From sequence record PZ452591.1: DNA of 64,000 bases, one strand, 5' to 3'. The notes under the pieces were generated by a model. That model made no database searches. It was not told the DNA's origin and was given only the letters and a program-made list of their open reading frames with translations. Positions 43,382 to 53,595 of this stretch are shown here, piece by piece. Each line of letters opens with the position of its first letter. The stretch's first letter is position 1. The position numbers and the translations under genes are program-made. This DNA comes from a phage.

Positions 43382-43558
43382 TTACCCTTTAAGCAAGTCG
43401 TAAAATCCGCCATTCACATGCTTAGGAGCGGAAACTAACCGAACAGCCAACCGATGACAATCAGGACATACATCAGTATCTCTTTCAGAAATTTTCTTGA
43501 TTTTTTCGTATTCTTTTGCGCAGTCTTTTGATTGACATTTATAATCATAAAGCGGCAT
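43382..43558 (-). CDS. zinc-ribbon protein, 58 aa (CxxC...CxxC)
   Basis: MPLYDYKCQSKDCAKEYEKIKKISERDTDVCPDCH...; ATG at 43556-43558; not in ORF track (<60 aa). Confidence 0.45.
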   Translation of the reverse strand: MPLYDYKCQSKDCAKEYEKIKKISERDTDVCPDCHRLAVRLVSAPKHVNGGFYDLLKG

Positions 43559-43560
43559 AA

Positions 43561-43974
43561 TTATTCCTTAAAGTGAGCTTTCAACATCTGATACAAAGAC
43601 CATGCCTGTTCATTATTTTCAATAGTAACTTTCATTACAGGGAATTTAGATTGATCAGTTATCGGTGCAGATTCTTCCTGCTCTTCAGCTGCCTGGTATG
43701 GATTTTCAACTTCATCAAAGAATTGAGCTTCACTTTTTGAAAGCCAAATAAAGTCTTCATCCAAAATATCTTTACCAGAAGATAGTACTAAATTTCCAGT
43801 AAATGACATAATTTTAATAGGACGCCCAAGAGCGTCCACATCTAAAATTTTAAAAGGGTGCATACCTAAACGCCGCGCATAAATTCCATTTTCAGTATGG
43901 TCTTTAATAAAATTTTCTTGAGCTTGTTTATTTTTAAATTGATACCATTTATTAACTTCAAATTTAATAGCCAT
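43561..43974 (-). CDS. hypothetical protein, 137 aa
   Basis: ORF track; ATG at 43972-43974. Confidence 0.55.
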   Translation of the reverse strand: MAIKFEVNKWYQFKNKQAQENFIKDHTENGIYARRLGMHPFKILDVDALGRPIKIMSFTGNLVLSSGKDILDEDFIWLSKSEAQFFDEVENPYQAAEEQEESAPITDQSKFPVMKVTIENNEQAWSLYQMLKAHFKE

Positions 43975-44189
43975 TAATAAATTTCCTTCCAGTAAGTTGT
44001 GCCGTTTTCAGTAATTTCACGAAATACACCGTAAATTGGTTGTTTATCACCGACTTTCTCATACACATAAACCGAAGTCAAGTGAGTAAACTTGATGGTG
44101 TGTTCCTTTTGAACTACTACCAAATCTGGATCGAATAATACATCTTCAAATTCGTCATTAGTGCAATTCTGAACAATTTTACGTTTCAT
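43974..44189 (-). CDS. hypothetical protein, 71 aa
   Basis: ORF track; ATG at 44187-44189. Confidence 0.5.
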   Translation of the reverse strand: MKRKIVQNCTNDEFEDVLFDPDLVVVQKEHTIKFTHLTSVYVYEKVGDKQPIYGVFREITENGTTYWKEIY

Positions 44190-44202
44190 TACAATTTCCT
44201 CA

Positions 44203-44472
44203 TTAATTGAACAGTGGAGCGATGCGTTTCAGAAGAGTAGCAGCACCTTTGGCGAATTTTACATCATGAAAAACAGTTTCTTCTTCCGTTACAACACGAG
44301 CTTTAATGTTTTCACAATCCCAATTTTTGCGAACAATCTTCAAAAGCTGCAGTAAATCTTTACATTCAGCAATATCGATAACACATCCACGAGAATCTTC
44401 CATTATCGCACGATAACCGTAAGCCATACCATAATCGTTGAAAGATTGCTCGATGATAATTAAGTTTTCCAT
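44203..44472 (-). CDS. hypothetical protein, about 89 aa
   Basis: in-frame ATG at 44470-44472 with GGAG Shine-Dalgarno; track ORF starts at upstream TTG. Confidence 0.5.
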   Translation of the reverse strand: MENLIIIEQSFNDYGMAYGYRAIMEDSRGCVIDIAECKDLLQLLKIVRKNWDCENIKARVVTEEETVFHDVKFAKGAATLLKRIAPLFN

Positions 44473-44569
44473 TTTATTCTCCAAGTTGTTTTCTGTATCA
44501 GTAGTTGATATTGATATAGTACCATAATCAACTACTGATGTATATAGTTTTATGAAAAAATTTTAAACT

Positions 44570-45061
44570 TTATGCATAGCGAGCTTTGCTGTAGTGTTTA
44601 ATCCAACTTTCAGGAATGACTTTGTATGTTCCTAAAAATACCGCGTTGTATAACTTAACGCCATCTTCTACCCATTGATCAGTAATGTATGCACACATGG
44701 CGCGAGTACGGTTAACAACCCCTTCCTCACCTTCAGTAAATTCAAACTCATAAGGAGCAACGAACTTAATAGCTTGACCGAGTTTCCACTTAAAGTCTAC
44801 GCCTACATGCGAAGTATCAATCGTTTCAATTCCTTTAGCAGGAACAGCTTTTAAAAACGCAGACTCAAGAAATTTCGCACGAACATAGCCAAACTGGGGT
44901 TTAGACTTTCCATCTTTAGGAATGATACGCACTTTTACTTCAGAATCTTCATCTTTAACACCGTGTTTAAGCTGAATGCTTACAACTTCAACCAATTTTC
45001 CTGCTGCTTTAGAACGGGATTTATCAGATACACGAGCAATTTCACCGATATTAATAATCAT
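44570..45061 (-). CDS. motB: MotB-like DNA-binding protein, 163 aa
   Basis: ATG at 45059-45061; size and position match T4 motB; shares a C-terminal domain with the next ORF. Confidence 0.65.
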   Translation of the reverse strand: MIINIGEIARVSDKSRSKAAGKLVEVVSIQLKHGVKDEDSEVKVRIIPKDGKSKPQFGYVRAKFLESAFLKAVPAKGIETIDTSHVGVDFKWKLGQAIKFVAPYEFEFTEGEEGVVNRTRAMCAYITDQWVEDGVKLYNAVFLGTYKVIPESWIKHYSKARYA

Positions 45062-45137
45062 AGTTATCTCTCACTTGTTAAAAAGATTTTATACTCCACG
45101 GGACCATTATACTCTGGTCCCAAGAGTTTGTAAACTA

Positions 45138-45680
45138 TTAATTCAAAATAGCTACCACTGCACTACGAGGTACTACGCTAAAATCACCTGCATGAACAAC
45201 GTTCAGAAGTTCAACACCATCTTCAATCCACTGGTCTGTTACCCAACCACAGACCGAAATAAATGGGGTCTTGATAGCTACTGCACGAGTCAAAAGGTCA
45301 GTAGGATCAACTTCTTGGAAGAGGATAATCTCTGCTTCAAAGACTATAGTTTTAATTACTTCATCATTATCTAAGCGATGTGCTCGAATCACGTAAGCTT
45401 TATTCTTATCATACCAATTACTTTTTGAAAAACTTTTAACCACAAACTCACCTTCACCAAAAACACTGGTCAATGCTTTATAACCCAAATCTAGTTCAGT
45501 AGTTTTAATTTCAGTTTCAACCAGTTTGTAGGTTTTGCCAGTTTCGATGGTCCGAGCAGTCATAAATGTTTCCTTAATTTCTAATGGTTTAACAAGAGTG
45601 CCGTACATGCTTGCTATATCCATATCAAACGGTTTATCTACAGGATTCGGTGTGTATTCAGGATTATAATTAAATTTCAT
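45138..45680 (-). CDS. MotB paralog, 180 aa
   Basis: ATG at 45678-45680; C-terminal ...TDQWIEDGVELLNVV... parallels MotB ...TDQWVEDGVKLYNAV... Confidence 0.55.
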   Translation of the reverse strand: MKFNYNPEYTPNPVDKPFDMDIASMYGTLVKPLEIKETFMTARTIETGKTYKLVETEIKTTELDLGYKALTSVFGEGEFVVKSFSKSNWYDKNKAYVIRAHRLDNDEVIKTIVFEAEIILFQEVDPTDLLTRAVAIKTPFISVCGWVTDQWIEDGVELLNVVHAGDFSVVPRSAVVAILN

Positions 45681-45682
45681 AA

Positions 45683-46195
45683 TTATCTCATTTCAATAAA
45701 ATCTACAAGTTCAGCATGGGATTTACGGAACATTACTTGATGCCCACCAATGATAACTTGGTCATCTGGCACTTCATAAATCGCAATGTACATTCCACGA
45801 TCTTTTAAGTCTTCACGCTCTTCTCGGGTGAACCATCTCATCATATCATATTCAGTAGCGAAAGCAAAATGATATAATGCAATAAACCACAATGGAATAT
45901 AATTTTCAATTCGTGAATAATCTTTATTCCATTTAGTTTTAATAGCATCATTAGCATTTTCAACTAATAACTTATCATCGTGCGGAATAGGAATACTTTC
46001 ATGACTTTCATAATTATCGCTATGATGATGAAATGACGATGAATTAATACCGCAAAATTTTAGCCAAGTTCGAGTTTTCATAGAATCAAATCCACGATAA
46101 GGAGTTGATTGAACGCATAACTCTTGCCTAATTTTCATTATACCACTATCATCATTTAATGCGCTAAACGATGATTCAACACGATAAATTTTCAT
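45683..46195 (-). CDS. hypothetical protein, about 170 aa
   Basis: in-frame ATG at 46193-46195; track ORF starts at upstream TTG. Confidence 0.5.
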   Translation of the reverse strand: MKIYRVESSFSALNDDSGIMKIRQELCVQSTPYRGFDSMKTRTWLKFCGINSSSFHHHSDNYESHESIPIPHDDKLLVENANDAIKTKWNKDYSRIENYIPLWFIALYHFAFATEYDMMRWFTREEREDLKDRGMYIAIYEVPDDQVIIGGHQVMFRKSHAELVDFIEMR

Positions 46196-46258
46196 TTTAT
46201 TATCCTCAGTAGCTATGGTGTTATAATACCACAACTAACCGAGGAAGTAAACAACTTT

Positions 46259-46942
46259 TTATCGTTTTGTTGGAAGAGACAGAGGATCGCATTCTTCCTC
46301 TGACGGAGCATCTTCAAGACCCATAGCATATCGCAAAGCATACTTCATCATCAGGATGTCTTTCGCACAGTCATGAATAGAATCATGCGCAACGAATCCA
46401 TCTAAAGTTCCTTTTGGAAGAGGACATGTGGTCATATCACGAACAAGCAGAAGTGCTTCAATTCTGGTACGAATATCACGCTGATTCCAGAATTTACATG
46501 GTTCTAACTTAAATGTGTCAAGCTCATTCTCAGATACACCATTAAGGCGTTGAATATCACGAATGAGATCGACTAAAATTGGAAAATCAAACGACATTCC
46601 ACGACACCAACCCTGAGATTTCCAAGGATCGATATTATGCGCATTGATATAATCATTAAATTTTGCAATACCATCGATGGTGCTTACATCTTCATCTGAT
46701 GGTGCAATATTTTTTCGAGCTTCAGGGGATTGATTCTTCCACCATTCGATAGTACTTTTAGTAAAAAGACGATGTCCTTTTTGGCTTTTTAAATCAAATT
46801 TGATTTTAATGCCACGTGAAACTAATTCATCAAATGTTTCAACGACTTCTGGATTAGGGTCAAAAGCAATTACAGCTAAATCAATAACAGCTGCCTTTTC
46901 GCCGCTTCCCATTGTTTCAAAATCTATAATAAAATCAAACAT
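46259..46942 (-). CDS. dexA: exonuclease A (DEDD-type 3'-5' exonuclease), 227 aa
   Basis: ATG at 46940-46942; MFDFIIDFETMG... DEDD exonuclease signature. Confidence 0.9.
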   Translation of the reverse strand: MFDFIIDFETMGSGEKAAVIDLAVIAFDPNPEVVETFDELVSRGIKIKFDLKSQKGHRLFTKSTIEWWKNQSPEARKNIAPSDEDVSTIDGIAKFNDYINAHNIDPWKSQGWCRGMSFDFPILVDLIRDIQRLNGVSENELDTFKLEPCKFWNQRDIRTRIEALLLVRDMTTCPLPKGTLDGFVAHDSIHDCAKDILMMKYALRYAMGLEDAPSEEECDPLSLPTKR

Positions 46943-47184
46943 TAAATTTTCCTTGCTAAATCGCGAATTTGACCTACAGTATAGTCTTGAATATAAACTT
47001 TATTAATAGGCTCATCAATAAATTTTGCCATAGATTCAATGTCTTTTTGTATCTCTTCAAGACTGTATACTATCTTTGAAGCTTTTTCGCGAATAGTAAT
47101 ATTTTCAGGACCCGGATTTTCTTCAATGACAGCTTTAACATTTGTCATAAGAGATTTAAACTGGTACCAACTCAATTCAATCAT
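46942..47184 (-). CDS. hypothetical protein, 80 aa (dexA.1 position)
   Basis: ORF track; ATG at 47182-47184. Confidence 0.5.
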   Translation of the reverse strand: MIELSWYQFKSLMTNVKAVIEENPGPENITIREKASKIVYSLEEIQKDIESMAKFIDEPINKVYIQDYTVGQIRDLARKI

Positions 47185-47437
47185 TAATAATCGCCTTATA
47201 AAGATAGCTAATTTCGCCTAAAATATAATCATTGATTGTAACAGTTTTCACTTCACCACAAAAGAATTCTAACGCAATTAAATCTCGTTCAATTTCTTCT
47301 AATTGAAGCCTCAACTTACTAGATTCTATTTTTACAGTTTCACGATTTTTGCTATAAGCAATTTCATAAATTTCGCTTACTTTATCTTGAAGAAGATAAA
47401 ACTGATCTTTAGTTATTTCCACGAATAGCTTCCTCAA
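47177..47437 (-). CDS. hypothetical protein, 86 aa, paralog of the preceding ORF; apparent TTG start
   Basis: no in-frame ATG; shares LEEI..D...........V.I.DY..G.I motif with 46942-47184. Confidence 0.4.
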   Translation of the reverse strand: MRKLFVEITKDQFYLLQDKVSEIYEIAYSKNRETVKIESSKLRLQLEEIERDLIALEFFCGEVKTVTINDYILGEISYLYKAIIND

Positions 47438-47669
47438 ATTTAATCAGTAATTTACAAACACTTTCATCTAGTGTAATTACCGTATCTGTATTACTGTGAT
47501 ATGATTGTTTTTCAATTCGTTTAATTGCTAATATAGTATCACTTATAAGATAAAGCTTATGAAGGAGCTCAGCTCCTGTTACCATAACATTAAGATTATC
47601 TTGCTTATTAGTATGCTTCCTTATACCATCTATTAGACGATTTAAATATTTTGAATTGATGTTAATCAT
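47409..47669 (-). CDS. hypothetical protein, 86 aa
   Basis: ORF track; ATG at 47667-47669. Confidence 0.5.
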   Translation of the reverse strand: MININSKYLNRLIDGIRKHTNKQDNLNVMVTGAELLHKLYLISDTILAIKRIEKQSYHSNTDTVITLDESVCKLLIKFEEAIRGNN

Positions 47670-47675
47670 ATATCC

Positions 47676-48995
47676 TCACACATAAAATACATCATAACGA
47701 CCACGAGTAACACCAACATAAAGAAGTTGTTGAGCTAATTCAGCATCTGCATAATGAATACAAGGCGTATAAATGAAAGCACGGTCTACAGACATGCCCT
47801 GTGCTTTATGGAATGTTGATGCAGGAAGTGCTTTCACTTTACTAAACTGTGATTTAGCATCCCAAAAATCACTCCATGGAGCTTTTCCGCCTTTGTTCCA
47901 ATTTTTATAAGTTTCTGCCGTTTTACCTAAAAATAGGTTAAACTTATACAGTTCTTCATCAGATGAAATTATTTTAATCTTTTCACGATAATATTCATCA
48001 TCGCCATAAGTTTCTACTGTTAAATCCCAGTGACGAATTAGATATTCTCCAGGAACACCACGAGCTTTAACAAAGGTTGATGTATACTCTGCTTCTATAA
48101 TACGAACTAATTGTCCGTTGTTAAAAATAATTTCTGACACAGGCTTTCCATCAATTTTATATGTTTTAATTAATGGTTCCTGCATTACAATAATTTCACC
48201 GACAATAAAATCTTTATCAGTTTCAAAAATCTTTTTACGAATAATGCTATTTAACTTATCAACAGATTTATTCGTAAATGCCATTACGCGATTTTCAAAC
48301 AAATCATCTAGAGATTTGACGATTGAAAAATAATTTACCATAAAATCGCGTAAAGCGGTATCACCAGTAAATCCACGTACTCCATGCCCGTCAACAACTT
48401 TATCATAAATCCACTTACCGTTACGAACGTCAGTAGCTACATCAATAATAGGAGCATTACTGCGTTTAACTTCAGTGAGTTCACACTGATAAAAATCTTT
48501 ATGTGTAAAGAATGGACTGATATAAGCAGTGTTTTCTCCTGGGTCAACAGGTCTAATCTGCTTATTATCACCTATTCCAATTATAGTACACCACGGCGGG
48601 ATAGTTGAAAGCAGAATTTTAAATAGCTTTCTATCATACATTGACACTTCATCGCAGATTAATACCCTGCATTTAGCTAAATCTGGTACTTCCTTCTGCT
48701 CAAAGAGGACATTTTCTTCATATGTTACAGGGTTAATTTTAAGAATACTGTGAATAGTACTCGCTTCTTTCCCTGATAGTTTTGAAAGAATCTTTTTAGC
48801 TGCATGAGTAGGAGCTGCTAAAATAATACCAGTTTCACCCGTAGATATTAAAGCTTCAATGATGAACTTAGTAAGAGTAGTCTTACCGGTACCGGCAGGT
48901 CCATTAATAGTTACATGATGTTTCTTTTCTTTAATAGCCTTCATAACAATGTTAAAGGCATTTTTCTGGCCTTCGGTCAAATCATCAAATGTCAT
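47676..48995 (-). CDS. dda: Dda DNA helicase (SF1B), 439 aa
   Basis: ATG at 48993-48995; Walker A GPAGTGKTT; matches recalled T4 Dda. Confidence 0.93.
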   Translation of the reverse strand: MTFDDLTEGQKNAFNIVMKAIKEKKHHVTINGPAGTGKTTLTKFIIEALISTGETGIILAAPTHAAKKILSKLSGKEASTIHSILKINPVTYEENVLFEQKEVPDLAKCRVLICDEVSMYDRKLFKILLSTIPPWCTIIGIGDNKQIRPVDPGENTAYISPFFTHKDFYQCELTEVKRSNAPIIDVATDVRNGKWIYDKVVDGHGVRGFTGDTALRDFMVNYFSIVKSLDDLFENRVMAFTNKSVDKLNSIIRKKIFETDKDFIVGEIIVMQEPLIKTYKIDGKPVSEIIFNNGQLVRIIEAEYTSTFVKARGVPGEYLIRHWDLTVETYGDDEYYREKIKIISSDEELYKFNLFLGKTAETYKNWNKGGKAPWSDFWDAKSQFSKVKALPASTFHKAQGMSVDRAFIYTPCIHYADAELAQQLLYVGVTRGRYDVFYV

Positions 48996-49303
48996 CGTAA
49001 ATTCCCTGCAATTGGTATACTAACAATACGCCCAGTATCTAAAATTCGCTGATATAATCTTTGTGTGTCTACGTCAGGCTTAACATGTTTAACTTCTATT
49101 TTATTAAACCAAAATTTACGTGGAGTCTCAACTAATCTTGGAATTCCCTTACCTAAAGCTAGTCGATACTGCTCTTTAAGAGTAGTAAATACTTTATCAG
49201 CAATCTTCCATTCAAAAAATACAGCAGGACGATGTTCATCAAGCGGAACTGGCGCCGTAAATCCGTCTTTGTCTCGGTAAACTATCGCATATACATAAAC
49301 CAT
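48992..49303 (-). CDS. hypothetical protein, 103 aa (dda.1 position)
   Basis: ORF track; ATG at 49301-49303. Confidence 0.55.
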   Translation of the reverse strand: MVYVYAIVYRDKDGFTAPVPLDEHRPAVFFEWKIADKVFTTLKEQYRLALGKGIPRLVETPRKFWFNKIEVKHVKPDVDTQRLYQRILDTGRIVSIPIAGNLR

Positions 49304-49304
49304 A

Positions 49305-50051
49305 TTATCCTCGGATAAGTTTAAAAATTGAACAATTTAGCGGATATCCTCTTTTCAGTTTAAGTTTATCAATAAAAGACAAGTTTTGATACCGCTCTAC
49401 ACCTTGAATAATTTTATCACACATATCATATTGCATTTCTGCTTCTGACAACTTTTTCACAATTTTCCAATCCGAGCCTTTAAGAAGAACGTTCAATTTA
49501 ACAACTTCAGCGCCTTCTGCTATGCGAGAACCATCAATACGAGCTTTAAGTGCTATAATCCTCAGCTTAATGTCAGATGTCTGTTTTGATTTAGAAAGCT
49601 GAGAAATGTGTTCAATTCGGTTTTCACGTTTTTTCTGTATAGCTTTAATTTGATTATAAGTCTTTTTGATTTTAGTCCATTTCTTTTCATCTAAATTTAG
49701 TTTATGAACTTTTTTCGCAGATGAACGACCAATTCGCAAAGCAAATAAATCACGCTTTTCAATCAACTCCTCTAAAGTATAATCAGAACGAAATGTATTA
49801 TACTTTTTCTTTACTGCAATAACATTCCCTTTAATGTATCCAACGTTATTATCAAAACGTTCTAATGATAATTTCTCTCCTTCAATACGATTATCAAAAG
49901 GTTCTCCCGAGTAAGCACAAACTTTTTGATCTAAAATGTTCTTAATGTAATTGAAGTCTAAGTTAAAATCTTTAGAACGTCTTTTTGCAGATGCCTGAGT
50001 ATGCTCTAGACGACGTTTAATTTTACGAATTTGGTTATTAGACAGCTTCAT
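49305..50051 (-). CDS. srd: Srd-like protein, 248 aa
   Basis: ATG at 50049-50051; assigned by position between dda and the mod genes. Confidence 0.65.
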   Translation of the reverse strand: MKLSNNQIRKIKRRLEHTQASAKRRSKDFNLDFNYIKNILDQKVCAYSGEPFDNRIEGEKLSLERFDNNVGYIKGNVIAVKKKYNTFRSDYTLEELIEKRDLFALRIGRSSAKKVHKLNLDEKKWTKIKKTYNQIKAIQKKRENRIEHISQLSKSKQTSDIKLRIIALKARIDGSRIAEGAEVVKLNVLLKGSDWKIVKKLSEAEMQYDMCDKIIQGVERYQNLSFIDKLKLKRGYPLNCSIFKLIRG

Positions 50052-50174
50052 ATTTTTCTCACATCTTACGGACGGTTAACTACTTATACTATAACATTTT
50101 TACCTTAACTTGTAAACAACTTTATGTAAAAATGCTTTAAAACTTTCATGGTATAATGAATCTAAGTCCTTCCA

Positions 50175-50777
50175 TTATAGATTAAATCCTTCAAAATCAA
50201 GAGTATAGATAGTATATGTTGAATACTTTTTGTACTCATATCTATCTGCAATTCTAAATACACTTCCAGCTGGTATCATTACTTCTTGTTCATCTGAAAC
50301 TAATTCCATATTACGATAACGATGACTATCCGGAAACTTAAAGTTTGGATTGTATTCTTTACAGCGTAGAGCTTTTATAGCATACTCCTGGAAATTGAAT
50401 ACCATAGGAGCTTTGAATTCAAAAATAACTTGTGTGTTATACTCTAAACCGGAAGCAAAATGTAGAGCTATATTTTTATCATATGAAGCTGATACGACTT
50501 TATCAAATGTAATAATATCAATTCCTTGATTTAATACTTGCTTAGTCTCAGCTGGAACACCTCTCCAAAGAGGTTTATCGTTTGGTTCCAAACGAGATTT
50601 GATTATTTCATTTAACCAAGTATGGTCATCTGGTTTATTAGTAATACAATGAATTAAAAGTTCAATTTCAGATAAATTAAACCCTTCAGAAAGTAATTCT
50701 TCACGAATAGAAGCACGCACCGATGCATCCATTGATTTTATTTTAAAATCTTTTAGTTGCATTACTGAGTATTTCAT
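50175..50777 (-). CDS. modB: ADP-ribosyltransferase, 200 aa (ModB or ModA; assignment by gene order uncertain)
   Basis: ATG at 50775-50777; R...STS...E ART-like motif pattern (LWRG, SASY, QEVMIPAGS). Confidence 0.6.
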   Translation of the reverse strand: MKYSVMQLKDFKIKSMDASVRASIREELLSEGFNLSEIELLIHCITNKPDDHTWLNEIIKSRLEPNDKPLWRGVPAETKQVLNQGIDIITFDKVVSASYDKNIALHFASGLEYNTQVIFEFKAPMVFNFQEYAIKALRCKEYNPNFKFPDSHRYRNMELVSDEQEVMIPAGSVFRIADRYEYKKYSTYTIYTLDFEGFNL

Positions 50778-51397
50778 TCAACTACCTCAATATCATAAAC
50801 TTTAAATGTTCCAAATGAATCGTGTAATTTTTCTTTTGAAATAGAAGTTATTCTATACTTTCCAATTGGAATCATCCATTCTTGTTCACGCACAATCATC
50901 ATTAAGTTATCAGTACGCTCTGAATCTAGCCCATCAGTATCTTCATATGTATACTTAAACTCAGTATTAGGAGAAGAAAGTATAATATCGCTGATATGGT
51001 CAGAATAATTAAAAGCTTTATCAGTTTTTAAGCGAAGTATTATTTTAGTAAAATATTCAGCATAAGAAAAAGAACATGCTGTGAGCAAACTAGTAGTAAA
51101 TGAATCTACCCTGTTCGTTGAAAACACTTCTCCAACTTGTAAATCTTTAATGAGTTCTTTTGTCGATTTTGATATACCACGATATAACTGATAAGGTGAT
51201 TTAGTTAAATGCTTTTTAATGATTTTATTCAACTGCCGATGAAGAGCTTCATTCTTTTTGGCTTCCATACATTGCCAAAGAACGGATTGTTCAAAGTCAG
51301 TAAATTTTTCACAGACTTTTTTATACATATCATATTGAAAATCAACGCTTTCAGCTTTTATAGATAACTGTTCAACATCTGCAAGATTAATAATCAT
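50774..51397 (-). CDS. modA: ADP-ribosyltransferase, 207 aa (ModA or ModB)
   Basis: ATG at 51395-51397; ART-like motifs (LYRG, STN...TTS, QEWMIPIGK); paralog of preceding gene. Confidence 0.6.
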   Translation of the reverse strand: MIINLADVEQLSIKAESVDFQYDMYKKVCEKFTDFEQSVLWQCMEAKKNEALHRQLNKIIKKHLTKSPYQLYRGISKSTKELIKDLQVGEVFSTNRVDSFTTSLLTACSFSYAEYFTKIILRLKTDKAFNYSDHISDIILSSPNTEFKYTYEDTDGLDSERTDNLMMIVREQEWMIPIGKYRITSISKEKLHDSFGTFKVYDIEVVE

Positions 51398-51464
51398 GAT
51401 AGCCTCCGTATACTTCAGAAGCTATCATATCATTGTTAGAAAGGAAAGTAAACAACTTTTTGAA

Positions 51465-51647
51465 TTATTTTGCCCAGGGAGCCCAGGGCGGAGGGTCAAG
51501 ATGGTATGAAGCTAGTTCTTCTAGAAGAGCATCTGGGGCTTCAATTCCATAATTCTGTAATACTATACGGTACTCTTTCTTATAATCACTAGAATCATTC
51601 TGGTTATTCGTAGAATGATTATCTTCTAACATCTCAAATAAATCCAT
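51465..51647 (-). CDS. hypothetical protein, 60 aa
   Basis: ORF track; ATG at 51645-51647. Confidence 0.45.
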   Translation of the reverse strand: MDLFEMLEDNHSTNNQNDSSDYKKEYRIVLQNYGIEAPDALLEELASYHLDPPPWAPWAK

Positions 51648-51655
51648 ATTAATTC

Positions 51656-52126
51656 CTAGCGATAAAAACCAAAATAACGATTAGCTTCAATAATCTTTCT
51701 TTCTTCTTCGGACATTCTCCAGCGTAGTCCAACATCAAAATGAGCCCAGACCATTTTAACAAATGCATTTATATCTTTAATATCTTCAATAATGAATGTT
51801 TTACTTTTAAAAGGCTGACTCGCTAATTTAACTTTATCATCTTCAAACAGGTCAAAAAGACCATATTCATGAGCTCTTTTATAGCCTTTAATAGTTAAAG
51901 CTTCGGAAGAAGAAAACGGTGAATCAGTATTCTGCAAAATATCTTCAGTATGCTTTATAATTAGAATAATATTTTCTGGATATTTTCTTTCTTTTATATC
52001 TTTAATTAAAAAATCCGGATTTTCTGCTAAAGGAATAATTAATGAGCATTTTTTATCAAGTGTATTTACTGATTTACCTTCTTTAGACATAAATTCTATT
52101 GAATAATGTTTTGCTACTTCAATCAT
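51656..52126 (-). CDS. hypothetical protein, 156 aa
   Basis: ORF track; ATG at 52124-52126. Confidence 0.5.
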
Positions 52127-52279
52127 GGGATTTCCTTTTGCCTACTAATGGACCATCAGGAATTTTGTTTTCCTGGATATATTTCTCATTTTCTTCCATC
52201 ATTTTACTGCCAATTTTAAGAAGCAAATCCATTGCTTCATTTGCTTTTGCTTTAGCCTCTTCCAATGTCATATCTTTGT

Positions 52280-52483
52280 TCATGATTTATCACCATAGAT
52301 GTCTCTCATCAATTTAAGTGCTGAGCGTTCTAATTTCTTTTCTTTCTCAGCACTAATCATTGATTTCATCCATTCTTCCGATTCGTTCTGCATTTCTTTA
52401 TTTGCTTGTTCAACCCAACCATCATCAATGTACATTGAGTTTGGTCTATTGAACCATTCAAGTATTTTCTTCAGAACTTTCAT
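52280..52483 (-). CDS. hypothetical protein, 67 aa
   Basis: ORF track; ATG at 52481-52483. Confidence 0.45.
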
Positions 52484-52943
52484 TTGTTTTACCTAAAACA
52501 ATAGTAGGAGCATTGTCAAATTTATGAATTTTTAGCAAATTTGGATTTAAATTATTCCATAAAGAGGTAATAAAATATGATAGCGCACTTTCGTCCGTAA
52601 TTATAAATTTATTTCCTTTATCTATTTTCCAATCATGTATTGAATCATATGAATAGAAGGATAACGGTTTATTATTATAATATGCTTCAGCAACATCAAT
52701 ATAGTTAGATTTAGTAAATGCTTGAATTGCCATAAATGGAGAATTTTGTACAGTTTCAATAATTCCGATCTTTTTAAGTTTTATTTCAACATCTTCTGGA
52801 ATTGGCATTGAAATAAAATCTTCTACTAGATACATATTATTGTCATATCTTTTATCAATCATTACTGCTACGGTAATTGGAACATCCTTGACAAACGCCA
52901 TACTAATACTATTGATAGACATTTCAAACAAAATTGCTTCCAT
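52458..52943 (-). CDS. hypothetical protein, about 161 aa
   Basis: in-frame ATG at 52941-52943 with GAGGA Shine-Dalgarno; track ORF starts at upstream TTG. Confidence 0.5.
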   Translation of the reverse strand: MEAILFEMSINSISMAFVKDVPITVAVMIDKRYDNNMYLVEDFISMPIPEDVEIKLKKIGIIETVQNSPFMAIQAFTKSNYIDVAEAYYNNKPLSFYSYDSIHDWKIDKGNKFIITDESALSYFITSLWNNLNPNLLKIHKFDNAPTIVLGKTNESSEENT

Positions 52944-52951
52944 AATTTTCC

Positions 52952-53293
52952 TCAATCACAAGATGTAGATGAACAACTAGAATCACAAGAACTTCCACAT
53001 GAATCGCCCGTCCATACATGAACAGGAACATTAGTATCATATGAATCAGAACTAGACTGTGTATTCTGCGTATTAGATGATGTAGTAGGTGTTGACCAGC
53101 GCCAAGGATTTTTATAATATTCTTGGGCTTCTTCATAAGTCATAGTAACTGCTTCTACTGTTCCATCTCCCATATAAACATATTCAACTACAGTTAAAGG
53201 AAGGTAGTCATTTGAAATAGGAACTACACCTTCTCCAGGAGTCGTAGAGAAAAAATCCGTAAAGAAACTTTTAAACCAATTAAAGATAAACAT
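52952..53293 (-). CDS. hypothetical protein, 113 aa, with Ser/Thr-rich linker and Cys/Ser-rich C-terminal tail
   Basis: C-terminus ...[19 protein letters not shown] read from the translation; ATG at 53291-53293. Confidence 0.5.
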   Translation of the reverse strand: MFIFNWFKSFFTDFFSTTPGEGVVPISNDYLPLTVVEYVYMGDGTVEAVTMTYEEAQEYYKNPWRWSTPTTSSNTQNTQSSSDSYDTNVPVHVWTGDSCGSSCDSSCSSTSCD

Positions 53294-53499
53294 TACAAAA
53301 AGCCTCTTTTGAATTCAACTTGCTTCTCACCATAATCATATCGAATTTCTGCATTAAATTCGACAGAACCATCTGCGTACATCATAAATGAATGCACAAC
53401 AACTTCTGTAGACCATGGTTGTAGTTCATATTTCTTCATTACATGTCGTGAAATGATAATATCTAAATCTTCATTTGGTTTAATCCAGCGATTTAACAT
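53293..53499 (-). CDS. hypothetical protein, 68 aa
   Basis: ORF track; ATG at 53497-53499. Confidence 0.5.
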   Translation of the reverse strand: MLNRWIKPNEDLDIIISRHVMKKYELQPWSTEVVVHSFMMYADGSVEFNAEIRYDYGEKQVEFKRGFL

Positions 53500-53571
53500 A
53501 GTGCTCTCCTCTATAAGATAATTTTATTATACCATACTCATTTTGGAAAGTAAACCGTTTAAATGAAAAAA

Positions 53572-53589
53572 GGACTCCCGAAGGAGTCC
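53572..53589 (-). terminator. intrinsic terminator after soc, GGACUCC-UUCG-GGAGUCC
   Basis: identical hairpin to 528-545; A-run on plus side; just past the soc stop. Confidence 0.6.
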
Positions 53590-53595
53590 TTGAAT

